A DNA stretch of 64,000 nucleotides from Veleropilina oligotropha (taxonomy: Eukaryota), in NCBI GenBank assembly GCA_048128005.1, contig JBEUKZ010000032.1, forward strand, positions 62,001-126,000, in the 5' to 3' direction. Position numbers and translations under genes: made by a program. The stretch's first letter is position 1, and each line of letters begins with the position of its first letter. Positions 1 through 9,144 of the stretch are shown one piece after another. The notes under the pieces are model-generated. The model was not told the DNA's origin. It made no database searches and saw only the letters and a list, made by a program, of their open reading frames with translations.

Positions 1-379
1 GCGGCCATTTTGAATTTAGCTCCAATATGAAAATTTACTCTCATGGATGGGATATAAGTTATATTTATGTGCTCCAGTGGCTTCATAGATCCTAAAACAT
101 AAGTTTAGACACCAAAATCAGATCTCTATGTCAATTTTTGGGGAACTTATATTCGAAAATCGGTTTTGGGGGCAACCATTTTGAATTTTGCCTGTGAAAA
201 AATTGCTCAAGGATGACAAAGTGTCATCAAGTGGATTTGCGTTCTGTATGGTCTGTTGTACCAGAATCACCAATAAAACGTTGTATGTACTCCAAAACAC
301 ACCTAAGTCAATTTCCACCAGACTACGACTTATATTTTGATAAAGACTCTCCAATCCGCCATTTAACCTATACATAATG

Positions 380-737
380 AACAAGAGCATCCGAGAGGAA
401 GCATAGTTGAGCCGCAGTGCCCACTCTCAATAAACTTAATTTTATCTGTCTAGGCTGACCGAGTCCAGAGATATGTCTGTTTATGTATTTTACACTTATT
501 TGACTTTGGTGACGTTGACCTTTAACCTTTGACCTCATAAATCAATCAGTAGTTAGATATCCACTCATATATCATATATATGAAGTTTCGTGCCTATATG
601 TTTTGAATTGACCAGGTTATGCCATGCAAAGTCATCGCGAACATACACGACCACACCACGACACAGACAGACAGACAGACAGACACACAGACAGACAGCC
701 TCAATACATTAGTTTCTCCGTAAACGGCTCAACTAAT
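380..737. mobile_element. Non-autonomous Helitron/Helentron-like (HINE-type) element
   Basis: Starts AACAAGAG; subterminal inverted repeat TAGTTGAGCCG (404-414) / CGGCTCAACTA (725-735); internal TTGACCTT motifs and (GACA)n microsatellite near the 3' end, which is the usual HINE layout. Confidence 0.55.
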
Positions 738-1175
738 AACCTTAGCATCATGCTATCTTAAAACTGACGAACTATTAGGAGCAACATTCTGTTTCAAGAA
801 TAAGTACCAGGAAATTAAACTTAAAGACTTCCTCAATGATTTGCAGTCTAACATTGCGTAATGAGAAAGGTCGATTTTAAACTTATGCAATAATATTGAC
901 AATAATTAATAATATACTCGCTACTGACCATAACTATAACAGTGATCTATATATAAAAGTGATATCTAACCTTCTTATGCATCATTCAAATATTTTTAAA
1001 GCTTAGAGCTTTTAATTCATTATCATATTTTGCATTGCATACCATCATGTAGATTCAATATACTCAAGCCGAGTGGATAAGAGCCTGGGCTCTCAATCCA
1101 ATCGCTTGACTGCTCTGTCTAGCAGTATTGCGTTCGGATTCTCTGTTGATAATTTGTTCAGTTAGCAGTCATCAG

Positions 1176-1492
1176 TTCAGTTCAGTTCTGCATGCTTTAG
1201 CCCGCGGCCCTTAAGTTCCGTTCTGTATGCCTTAGCCCGCGGCCCTTCAGTTCCGTTCTGTATGCCTTAGCCCGCGGCCCTTCAGTTCCGTTCTGTATGC
1301 CTTAGCCCGCGGCCCTTCAGTTCCGTTCTGTATGCCTTAGCCCGCGGCCCTTCAGTTCCGTTCTGTATGCCTTAGCTCGCGGCGCTTCAGTTCCGTTCTG
1401 CATGCCTTAGCACGCGGCCCTTCAGTTCCGTTCTGTATGCCTTAGCCCGCGGCCTTCGCTCCGTTCTACGTGCCTTAGCCCGCGGCCCTTCG
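1176..1492. repeat. 35-bp minisatellite, about 9 copies
   Basis: Unit TTCAGTTCCGTTCTGTATGCCTTAGCCCGCGGCCC repeated head-to-tail with no spacers. Confidence 0.95.
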
Positions 1493-1499
1493 GAGGGCG

Positions 1500-2170
1500 T
1501 TTCACTTGATGGCGGTTCGTCTAGCATACTCAATCCCATTTCTACAACTCCTGATGTTGTCTACCCATTCAAACCGTCTCCTTTCTCTCCGTCCTTTTGC
1601 GCAGATCTCTCCCTCAATGAGCAAGCTCCACGGATCATATTTAGTTAGCTTCCTCTTCCTGACCATCTCCAATAGTCATTCTTTCTCTGACACTCAGATG
1701 ATTTTCCTTACCCACTCGTTCGTCTTTCTTTGTCTCCAAGTCACTCACAGAACTCATTTTCAGAACCACAGTTCGAACGCTTGGATCATTCTTTCTTCAT
1801 TCTTCTTCATCGTCCAACTTTTGCAACGATACTGAAATGCTTCAGACCAAAGCTTTGCTATAGTTTTTTCTTTCACTCATATCTTTGGACTTAATTCCAC
1901 AAGATCTGTTGTCGCTTTTCTCGCTATCCTAGTCTGATCTTAAGTTTTGTCTCATAAGTCGTTTTCTCTCTCATGCGTGTTGGAAGACCAGAGGAACTTG
2001 AACTTATCAATATTTCCAACCTCATCTTCCTCAATCTTGAGTTTTCCCGCTCCATGTACTGATATACAACTTGTCTATGTCTTGTTGATCAAGAGTCCTT
2101 GGTCCTTTACTCTCTATTCCAAGCGGCTAAGCCATACAACTCAGCTCTTCTTTGTTATTGACAATTACTG
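1500..2170 (-). pseudogene. Degenerate RTE-clade LINE 3' fragment
   Basis: Minus strand near 1710-1790 reads IQAFELWF*K*VL*VTWRQRKTNEWVR, resembling the RTE post-RT motif AFEMW...W...TNE; multiple stops. Confidence 0.5.
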
Positions 2171-2728
2171 TTAGCAGTCATATTTGTCCATATTAACAGC
2201 CTGATGACGTTGGTTTTCCCAGGTGATAATACGAACATGTCATGGTGTGAATCAAACTAAAGCGAACCAATCAATATAGCCAGCACGAAGCATATGTTAG
2301 CAAATAGGGCGTTAAATTGAGCCACCCATAATCACCATTTCTTAATTCCTAGTATAGCTCACCTATTTTTGATGTAATTACCTCTGAATTAAAAGAAATG
2401 TATTTTTAGCATATGACTGTGCTTAAAGTCCCTTTATCGTCTATTCCGATTCTCTCTCTAACCTTCAAGCTAGAAATGTTTTAATACAAAATATTTTGCT
2501 CAAATGCAATAATCTTTAACAAATAATGACAACATATTATAAATGGTGGATATAATCGTCATGGTTAGACTAAATATTGGGTATACTATGCACTACACTC
2601 ACTCCTAACTGCTTAAAGAGAGCTACCACCAGAGTCTACTTCTTGTACTACTGTCCTAACAGTTAAACATTGAATGGACTGTGTTGCTTTACACCCAACA
2701 CGTCAAAATAATTAGGGCCATAAGAGAT

Positions 2729-3091
2729 ATAGAGGATCTCACATGAGTGGTGGTGTAATATCACATTTATGAAACGAGTTTAACAAATTTTCATATTTTC
2801 CGAGGCTTAGCCGAAGAAAATATGAAATTAGTTAAACGAATGTCGTCATACTCACGCATTACTAAAAATAGTGAAATTTGCTACGAAATACAATGTTTAC
2901 GTGCTTGTAAAAGTCAATTAAAGATTAACAAGCAAATATGTGAAGATAAAATGATAAAATTGTATATATGTTATCTAAATGAAAAAGAATAATGAATACT
3001 ATTTGTGCTTAAAATTTACAACGGTAATCCAAACATCTATGTGCGACACATTATCGTCGATTACGTTTTGGATTGAGTTTCTATATAAGGC
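2729..3091. mobile_element. Left part of a non-autonomous hairpin (Crypton-like) repeat interrupted by Polinton-like copy 1
   Basis: 2729-2785 matches the reverse complement of about 32618-32673; contains hairpin TTTCATATTTT..CCGAGGCTTAGCCGA..AAAATATGAAA. Confidence 0.55.
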
Positions 3092-3404
3092 AGCAGCAGG
3101 GGGGGTGACCATACCTTTTATGTGGGGGCGCGGCGAGGGAAATTAAGGCACCCAGCACCTTTTCAGAATTAATATGGATCTCAACTCAGCAGCAGGGGGG
3201 GTGAATGCACTTTTTAGAATGGGAAAATAAGGCTCCCAACACCATTTCAGAACTGAGCTGGTATTACTGAGGGGAACTATGGAGTTAGGGTGGGGCCCGG
3301 GGGCCCGGGGGTGGGGGCTCCCAGCACCTGTTCAGACCCGAGGGGATATCGTGTATTACAAAAAGTTACCGTGTGTACAGCGACATAGAGCCCCCAGGGA
3401 CGGC
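3092..3404 (+). repeat. Left terminal inverted repeat of copy 1
   Basis: Reverse complement of 18313-18639; outer 96 bp differ at one position, inner about 215 bp imperfect. Confidence 0.92.
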
Positions 3405-3757
3405 CCACTACCCTCGCCGGCCCGGGCTCCTCAGTTATGCGAGCAGCAGCAGGGGGGGTGAGTTTGATTTCGTGCAACTCCCTTTCTACCGTCTTTGGTC
3501 TTCTTATTATATATCGCTTGTTCACCATTGTCGAGTGCAACGATCAAAACGTTATAGCCCCGGTTTAAGAGGTTTTTAACGCGCCTGAAGCTCCGTTCGC
3601 TGTACAGCGTAGGAATGTCTTCCTGTGGCATGTTGCTTTCAAGTATAACTACACAACGTCTAACATGCCGGTTATTTCTCGCCGTGCACCGGGCTCGATA
3701 TCTTAGTGTCATAATCTCTATTAGAGACTGGTATATGCGATGATAACCGCTATCACT

Positions 3758-4033
3758 ATGTGGGGCACTGATACCTGTCAATGGCTCACCATCAGCTCCA
3801 CGGAGCTATGTGGTAAGAGATGTCTGAGGGAGTTCTGCAAAGTCCACCTGGCTCGGCAACGGCGAAATGGCCGGGGCACAAAACCCTGCATCAAATGCGG
3901 GAAGGGCGTTTTCAACCGGTTTACGCTGTGTAAGGGCTGTGGGTATCAGACTGCGAACGCTAAAGACTGGAAACGGAAGAACCGACCCTTCGAGAGAGAG
4001 TTTCTCCGTATGGCTGCAATTTACCACACATAA
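3758..4033 (+). CDS. Small Cys-rich (zinc-finger-like) basic protein
   Basis: ATG 3758 MWGTDTC...; C-x10-C-x3-C-x4-C-x2-H followed by CxxC...CxxC; lies just upstream of the replication gene in a gene-dense element. Confidence 0.6.
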   Translation: MWGTDTCQWLTISSTELCGKRCLREFCKVHLARQRRNGRGTKPCIKCGKGVFNRFTLCKGCGYQTANAKDWKRKNRPFEREFLRMAAIYHT

Positions 4034-4080
4034 ATCTCCTATTAGAGAAGTAAAGATCCTAGTGTATACCCCCCAGCAAC

Positions 4081-4356
4081 ATGGATGAACTGCGCAATCT
4101 AGCGAAAGATTATGGGATTCCCGCTCGGTCGAAGCTCAAGAAGCACGACCTCATCCGGGCAATAGCCAGGGTCCGTGCTGCGGAGTTTCGGAGGAGACTC
4201 GAGCGGGCGATGAAAACGGGAAGGTTCCCCTCCATACGTGGAGATGTGGAGAACCCCCACAAAAGAGGCCGACGTGCTCGCGAGTTGCGGCAGATTAAGG
4301 ACGAGGTCGACGCCGCCCTGCAGGCTCGTAAATACGAATCCCAGGGATTCGACTGA
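4081..4356 (+). CDS. HEH/Rho-N-like DNA-binding segment, probably the frameshifted N-terminus of the replication protein
   Basis: ELRNLAKDYGIPARSKLKKHDLIRAI fits the Rho_N/HEH pattern; the -1 frame is open from 4332 into the 1104-aa ORF. Confidence 0.7.
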   Translation: MDELRNLAKDYGIPARSKLKKHDLIRAIARVRAAEFRRRLERAMKTGRFPSIRGDVENPHKRGRRARELRQIKDEVDAALQARKYESQGFD

Positions 4357-7300
4357 AGCCACTTCGCGCCATCACGGATCGAATCGTCAAGCGGTCTCGG
4401 AAAGAGACCCTTGCCCATGCTATTGCTCGGAAGGGGCCCGATCTTCTCATCTCCAAAACTCCCCGGACAGCCCAGGACTACCAGAAGGATCTTCTAGGGC
4501 AATTTACCACACCCGAGGGACAACGATTCATCGACCTGGATGACCAGGTCCCTCCCCCAGTAAGGCTCCCAGCAAAAGAGCCATGGGTGGAACTCTTGAG
4601 CGACGCCAAAGACGAGTTTGAGGTCGATGGCGCCGCGGCGGCTTTCTCCACATGGAGGATAGAAGTGGCTGGACGGCTGGCCCTGGATGCCCGTATGACA
4701 GATGCAAGGGCGGCACAGCTCCTCACAGCCCTTCCAAAGGGCGAGTATGTCCTTAGAATCAAGTTCTTGCGTGGGTGGGGTGAAGGTGACTGGATGGTCG
4801 AAGACAAGTTTGACCCGGTGAAAGCTGCGAGAAAGAAGGGCCAGGGTGTCTTTGAGATCTCTCAGGATACTAAGCCGGGTGCTATCACTGGGGTCGACAA
4901 GGTCTACTACGAGAATGCCTACCCGGTCACTGCAGTCGTCTACGGCCTCTACCCTCTCAGAGAACCAAACCCCGCCAACCTGGTTCCGATGAAGAACGGC
5001 GACCTCAACTGCGTTGCCCAACGAGTGGTTGAGCACTTCGAAGGTGCCCTTAGAGGACACGGACTCACCCCGACAAGGCGGCAGAAAATACTGGAGTGGG
5101 AAGAGCGAGTTCATGTAACAGGCGCCACCGTGGATGATATAGCTACCCTCGAGAAGATCCTCAAACGGGCGATCACCTTGAGAGACATTGCAGGTGCCGA
5201 CATCTACAACAGTGGGAAATACCAGGCCAGTATGTGGAAGTCCATAGAACTCATCTGTCACAACGGCCACGCCTGGTCGAAGGACCTACACTTCCCGCAA
5301 AGTAGAGAGGTCCACCTGTATGAGGGCGATGTCTGGGAAGCTATTCGACAAGCCACACAGAATGAGCCATTGGCTGTCTGGCTCCTAGGCGGTAAAGACC
5401 GACAGCTCGGCGTGGACCAGTTCGTGCTGCAAGATGGCCGCACTTACCGGACAAAAGAGGCTCACGAGAGACTCCAAGAAGCCTGTACAGCGCTGGGGAA
5501 TGAGTCTCTTGCCGATCGAGCCTTTGGCGAGAACCATGCAGCTAGCATTATGGCCAAGGAGACTAACGGCTGGAAACCCACCCCAGCGACCCTGCTCGAT
5601 GATATCCAGAAGGCCTGCGTAGAGCATGGTCATGGCGGCCTTTGGAATTCCATGAATTACGACACGGGCGATATCTGCTGCATCGACATGAAAGCCTGCT
5701 ACCCTGCCAGCTTTCTGGGGCAGGGCGAGGCTAAGCCCTATTTCGAAAGATTCGGGCACCCACTCCACAGCATGACCCGGGTCGCAATAAACGGTCCTCT
5801 TCCCGAAGATATCGGCACCGGGTTTGCTGAGGTCGTGGGGTGGGAGTTCGCACAAGACATCCACCCCGTCATCCCCGCCTGGTTTGGCAAGCACTTTGCA
5901 GAAAATAGCTGGGCACCAACCCCGCTGCTCGCCTTCCTCGTAGAATCTGGACTGCTAAAAAGCCTCAAGATCCGAGAGGCCATTATCGCATTCAAAGCCC
6001 AGACCGATGTCTGGCTTCCGGAGAATCGTGACCAGGGCTGCAGTATCATCGGCAAATTCACCCAAGGCGCCAAGGCCGAGGGTAAACGATTGACACGGAG
6101 ACTGGTGACCGACCAGGGGGAGCTCGACTTCCTGGTACGAGACACCCGCCAAAGCGGTACCCTGGTCGGCGCACCTCAAAGGTGCCCTATGGGGCACATC
6201 CTCACGTACTATGATGGCTCGCAGCCACAGTACACCCACCTGAGGGCCAGCATGTTGGCCTATGCCCACATAAACCTCTTGAGCATGGTCCAGCGTTTCA
6301 GTGCAGCAGAAGCCGTCCGGGTAGCCACTGACAGCATCTACCTCAAGAAGGCCTCGTTGGAGAAGCTCGACGATGTCACGGTGTACGTTGCCCCCAAACT
6401 CTGCGACTGTGGCGAGAAATCGTGCGTCTCATGTCTGATCGGGGAGCCGTACCTTCCGCCAGTAGCACCGGCCCAGTGGCGTGACAAGGGCGAACAGCTG
6501 TATATGCCACAGGAACATGCCGCATACCTACCCAAGCCAGAGTATTGTTGTGCCGCCAATTCCAGCCAGCCGAGCACTGCGCCATGCTACAATGACACAC
6601 TGACCCACCATCGCCTGAGTTACCTCAACGGTGGAGGGGGCTGTGGCAAGACTACGAGAGCTATAGAGCTCTTTCGGGCAAGGAATCCCGTCGTGTTCAC
6701 ACCAACCCACCGCCTCGCTAAAGAGATGCGGACCAGAGGCGTCAAAGCCCAGACCTACCACAGTTTCTTCCGATGGAGCGGTCAGAATGACTGGACGCCT
6801 GATCGCATGGGTCAGAAGTTCATCCCGCGCGTCATTATCTGGGACGAGGTCTGTACTGTTCCGAGGCACATTCTAGAGATGTTCTTGGACTGGCTGGGCC
6901 GCCACGAAGTGCAGGTTATCTGCTGTGGCGATCAAGGCCAGCCACCACCGATTACGGGCGAGATGCCGCACGATTGGCTGCGAAGGACCGCGGACTACTA
7001 TGAGGAGATCGAAGTAGACTACAGGGCGAAAGACGACCCTGCCCTCCAAGCCCTGAAAAGACGTATACGTCTCCAGCCCGACAAAGTCCAGTGCGACGAG
7101 ATGCGATGGACGCTCCCCAGCTGCCTTGGATGGGACCGGTTCGTCAACACCTGGAAGCCGGGCGACCTAATCCTCACAAGCCGTCAGAAGGTCCGCGAAC
7201 GGGCTCAAGAGCTGTTGCTCCAGAGGCACAAGGAGCACTTCCCAGACTCCCCGGTACCTATCCTGTACCACCCCAGGGACACCCGTAAGCAAAACATCAT

Positions 7301-7901
7301 GGTAGCGATTCCGGGCACCGACGAAAGAGAGGAGCTAGTTCTGAACGACGTCGTCGAGGTCACGATTGAGGCCGCTGAGCGGGCTATCCTGACCCCGGAT
7401 TGGCGCCTGGGCTATGCTCTCACCATCCATTCGAGCCAGGGTCTTACGATTCACGACCCACAGAAAGTCTGGATCATCGACGACTACCTTCAGTGGAGTA
7501 ATCTCGCCTACCTAGCCGTGTCCCGGGTGGAGCTGCTGCATCAGCTCGAACGGGTAACCTGTCCTCCGGATGAGGGTGCTGAGGACAGGCCCCCGCCCCA
7601 AACCGAGCAACAGCTCCGAAAGACCATCCAGAAAAAGCTTGTGGCATACAAACGCCAGGACCAGGCCAAGGGACTCCATGGATTTAACCTCAAGGTCGAT
7701 GACATCCTGCAGCTCAAAGAAGCCCAAAACAACCGATGCGCAGCATGCAACATAGAGCTGCTCTGGGCCTACCAGCCCAAAGACACACAGCAGTTCAGTG
7801 TCGACCGTGTGGACAACAGCAGGGGCCACACCCGCGACAACGTGCGCTTAACGTGTCTGGAATGTAACCGAAAACGAGGATTTGCGGTTGTTAACGCCTG
7901 A
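4332..7901 (+). CDS. Replication fusion protein: divergent PolB core + SF1 (RecD/Pif1-like) helicase + HNH-like nuclease domain
   Basis: PolB-like motifs IDMKACYPAS (A), RDQGCSIIGKF (B), VATDSIY (C). SF1 motifs GGGGCGKT, FTPTHRL, IWDE, CGDQGQ, YR, YALTIHSSQGLT, YLAVSR. C-terminal CAAC...SVDRVDNSRGH..DNV...CLECN. Frame open from 4332 (ORF track starts at GTG 4587). Confidence 0.85.
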   Translation: MRIPGIRLKPLRAITDRIVKRSRKETLAHAIARKGPDLLISKTPRTAQDYQKDLLGQFTTPEGQRFIDLDDQVPPPVRLPAKEPWVELLSDAKDEFEVDGAAAAFSTWRIEVAGRLALDARMTDARAAQLLTALPKGEYVLRIKFLRGWGEGDWMVEDKFDPVKAARKKGQGVFEISQDTKPGAITGVDKVYYENAYPVTAVVYGLYPLREPNPANLVPMKNGDLNCVAQRVVEHFEGALRGHGLTPTRRQKILEWEERVHVTGATVDDIATLEKILKRAITLRDIAGADIYNSGKYQASMWKSIELICHNGHAWSKDLHFPQSREVHLYEGDVWEAIRQATQNEPLAVWLLGGKDRQLGVDQFVLQDGRTYRTKEAHERLQEACTALGNESLADRAFGENHAASIMAKETNGWKPTPATLLDDIQKACVEHGHGGLWNSMNYDTGDICCIDMKACYPASFLGQGEAKPYFERFGHPLHSMTRVAINGPLPEDIGTGFAEVVGWEFAQDIHPVIPAWFGKHFAENSWAPTPLLAFLVESGLLKSLKIREAIIAFKAQTDVWLPENRDQGCSIIGKFTQGAKAEGKRLTRRLVTDQGELDFLVRDTRQSGTLVGAPQRCPMGHILTYYDGSQPQYTHLRASMLAYAHINLLSMVQRFSAAEAVRVATDSIYLKKASLEKLDDVTVYVAPKLCDCGEKSCVSCLIGEPYLPPVAPAQWRDKGEQLYMPQEHAAYLPKPEYCCAANSSQPSTAPCYNDTLTHHRLSYLNGGGGCGKTTRAIELFRARNPVVFTPTHRLAKEMRTRGVKAQTYHSFFRWSGQNDWTPDRMGQKFIPRVIIWDEVCTVPRHILEMFLDWLGRHEVQVICCGDQGQPPPITGEMPHDWLRRTADYYEEIEVDYRAKDDPALQALKRRIRLQPDKVQCDEMRWTLPSCLGWDRFVNTWKPGDLILTSRQKVRERAQELLLQRHKEHFPDSPVPILYHPRDTRKQNIMVAIPGTDEREELVLNDVVEVTIEAAERAILTPDWRLGYALTIHSSQGLTIHDPQKVWIIDDYLQWSNLAYLAVSRVELLHQLERVTCPPDEGAEDRPPPQTEQQLRKTIQKKLVAYKRQDQAKGLHGFNLKVDDILQLKEAQNNRCAACNIELLWAYQPKDTQQFSVDRVDNSRGHTRDNVRLTCLECNRKRGFAVVNA

Positions 7902-8889
7902 GAACCGGCGGCAGCTGGGTATCACGAGGCACCACGAGCAGTTCCTCACGAACGAAGCCACGCGGTGGTCCATCCAGCAAGTAGTAGAGCACAGGCTCGT
8001 CAGGCTTAGTGACGGAGCGTCCAAGCCTGTAAACTTTTAGAGACCACACCGGGTCAGTAGCACGGCGATGACCCCCCTCCAGCTCACCATCGTAGTAAAG
8101 GTAGCGAACATCTACGTCAGAGGGGAGTTTCTGTTCCTTCCCCTGTCGGCCTGGAACAGTGGCGCCTGGCTTTTGGGCAACGCGAGGTGCCTTGATGGCG
8201 TCCTTGGGCTTTTTACCGGTCAGCCTGGTCACTTCCCCATTCAAGGCCGCAACTACAGCTGCTAACCGGGCGACCCACTCAGTTGACCTTTGACCCTCTT
8301 TCGCAGACTCTGCAAACCGCATCTCTGTTGCATACTGGTGCCCGAAGAGCCGCTCAGCGAGCGTCCGGTTGAAGCGCTCCACAATGCCCTGATCGCGATG
8401 GATATCCACACGGCCACGCCTAACCTCGACGTTATTCTTTACCAGCAGCTGGGAAACCGCGCCCATAAACTCTCGCCCTGGATCGACTTGAAGCAGTTTC
8501 GGCCAGCCAAGAGGACTCCGCCTGTAGATTCTGGCTAGTGCTTCAGCAACCCCTTTGGCCTCTTTTGTGACCAGAGGCTCAGCCTCTTTAAAGCGACTGG
8601 CCACATCAACCACAGTCAAAGCGTACTTGTACGTTTTACGGCCGACCTTGTCATGGGGCAGAAACAGGAGATCGGCTTGGTGAACCTCGTTCGGCGTCGT
8701 AACGTCAAACCGTGGTCTTGGAATCCGCCGTGGCGCAGGTAAATAGATCTGCCATATAGCCTGCCTCTTAAGCCATGTCCGGGCCTCCACTTCAGATGCC
8801 TTGGCAGCCTCAGCTAGTTTCTTTATCGCGGCAATGCCTTTCCAGTAGCCCTTAGGGCTGTAGTATATCCTCGCAAGCTTACTATCCAT
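7891..8889 (-). CDS. Retroviral-like (RVE) DDE integrase
   Basis: HQADLL (D), LTVVDVASRF, LQVDPGREF (D), IVERFNRTL (E); intact; no chromodomain evident; first ATG at 8889. Confidence 0.95.
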   Translation of the reverse strand: MDSKLARIYYSPKGYWKGIAAIKKLAEAAKASEVEARTWLKRQAIWQIYLPAPRRIPRPRFDVTTPNEVHQADLLFLPHDKVGRKTYKYALTVVDVASRFKEAEPLVTKEAKGVAEALARIYRRSPLGWPKLLQVDPGREFMGAVSQLLVKNNVEVRRGRVDIHRDQGIVERFNRTLAERLFGHQYATEMRFAESAKEGQRSTEWVARLAAVVAALNGEVTRLTGKKPKDAIKAPRVAQKPGATVPGRQGKEQKLPSDVDVRYLYYDGELEGGHRRATDPVWSLKVYRLGRSVTKPDEPVLYYLLDGPPRGFVREELLVVPRDTQLPPVLRR

Positions 8890-9103
8890 CAGCAATGTAT
8901 TCCAGTAAACTGATCAGTCTCCAACAGGCTTCAGCTTCCGGAGCCGGTCGCTGCGCAGTCGTCTCCCAAAGGTTGGTCGGGCCCGAGAGCACCAGGACCG
9001 CGAACCGCACCATAGTCTTTTCGTCGCGGCGCCAGCAGTCGAGTAACGTAGTACTATAGCCGACCGCAAGCATGGCGCAGTACAGCTCTTCTGGGAGCCC
9101 CAT
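8882..9103 (-). CDS. Small hypothetical protein
   Basis: MGLPEELYCAML...LISLLEYIA is essentially identical in copy 2 (63215-63559 ORF) and tiles between neighbouring genes. Confidence 0.5.
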   Translation of the reverse strand: MGLPEELYCAMLAVGYSTTLLDCWRRDEKTMVRFAVLVLSGPTNLWETTAQRPAPEAEACWRLISLLEYIADG

Positions 9104-9144
9104 TATTATACCTGGCACACGAAAAAAATGTCCACTGGAAATAA

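Noticed and set aside
1176..1492. 35-bp repeats resembling a CRISPR array
   Set aside because: Units are directly adjacent with no unique spacers, there are no cas genes, and the context is eukaryotic; it is a minisatellite.
3285..3290. TTAGGG telomere-like hexamer in the TIR
   Set aside because: Single copy and not retained in copy 2.
6600..7560. Helitron RepHel interpretation of the Pif1-like helicase
   Set aside because: No HUH Rep motifs; the gene lies within a TIR/TSD-bounded element with integrase and capsid genes.
4494..7829. Long antisense and alternate-frame ORFs across the replication gene (and similar ones over other element genes)
   Set aside because: Expected shadows of GC-rich coding DNA; no motifs; their recurrence in copy 2 follows from nucleotide similarity.
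7891..8895. LTR retrotransposon or Ginger origin of the integrase
   Set aside because: No RT, RNase H, gag or LTRs; embedded in a virus-like gene cluster.
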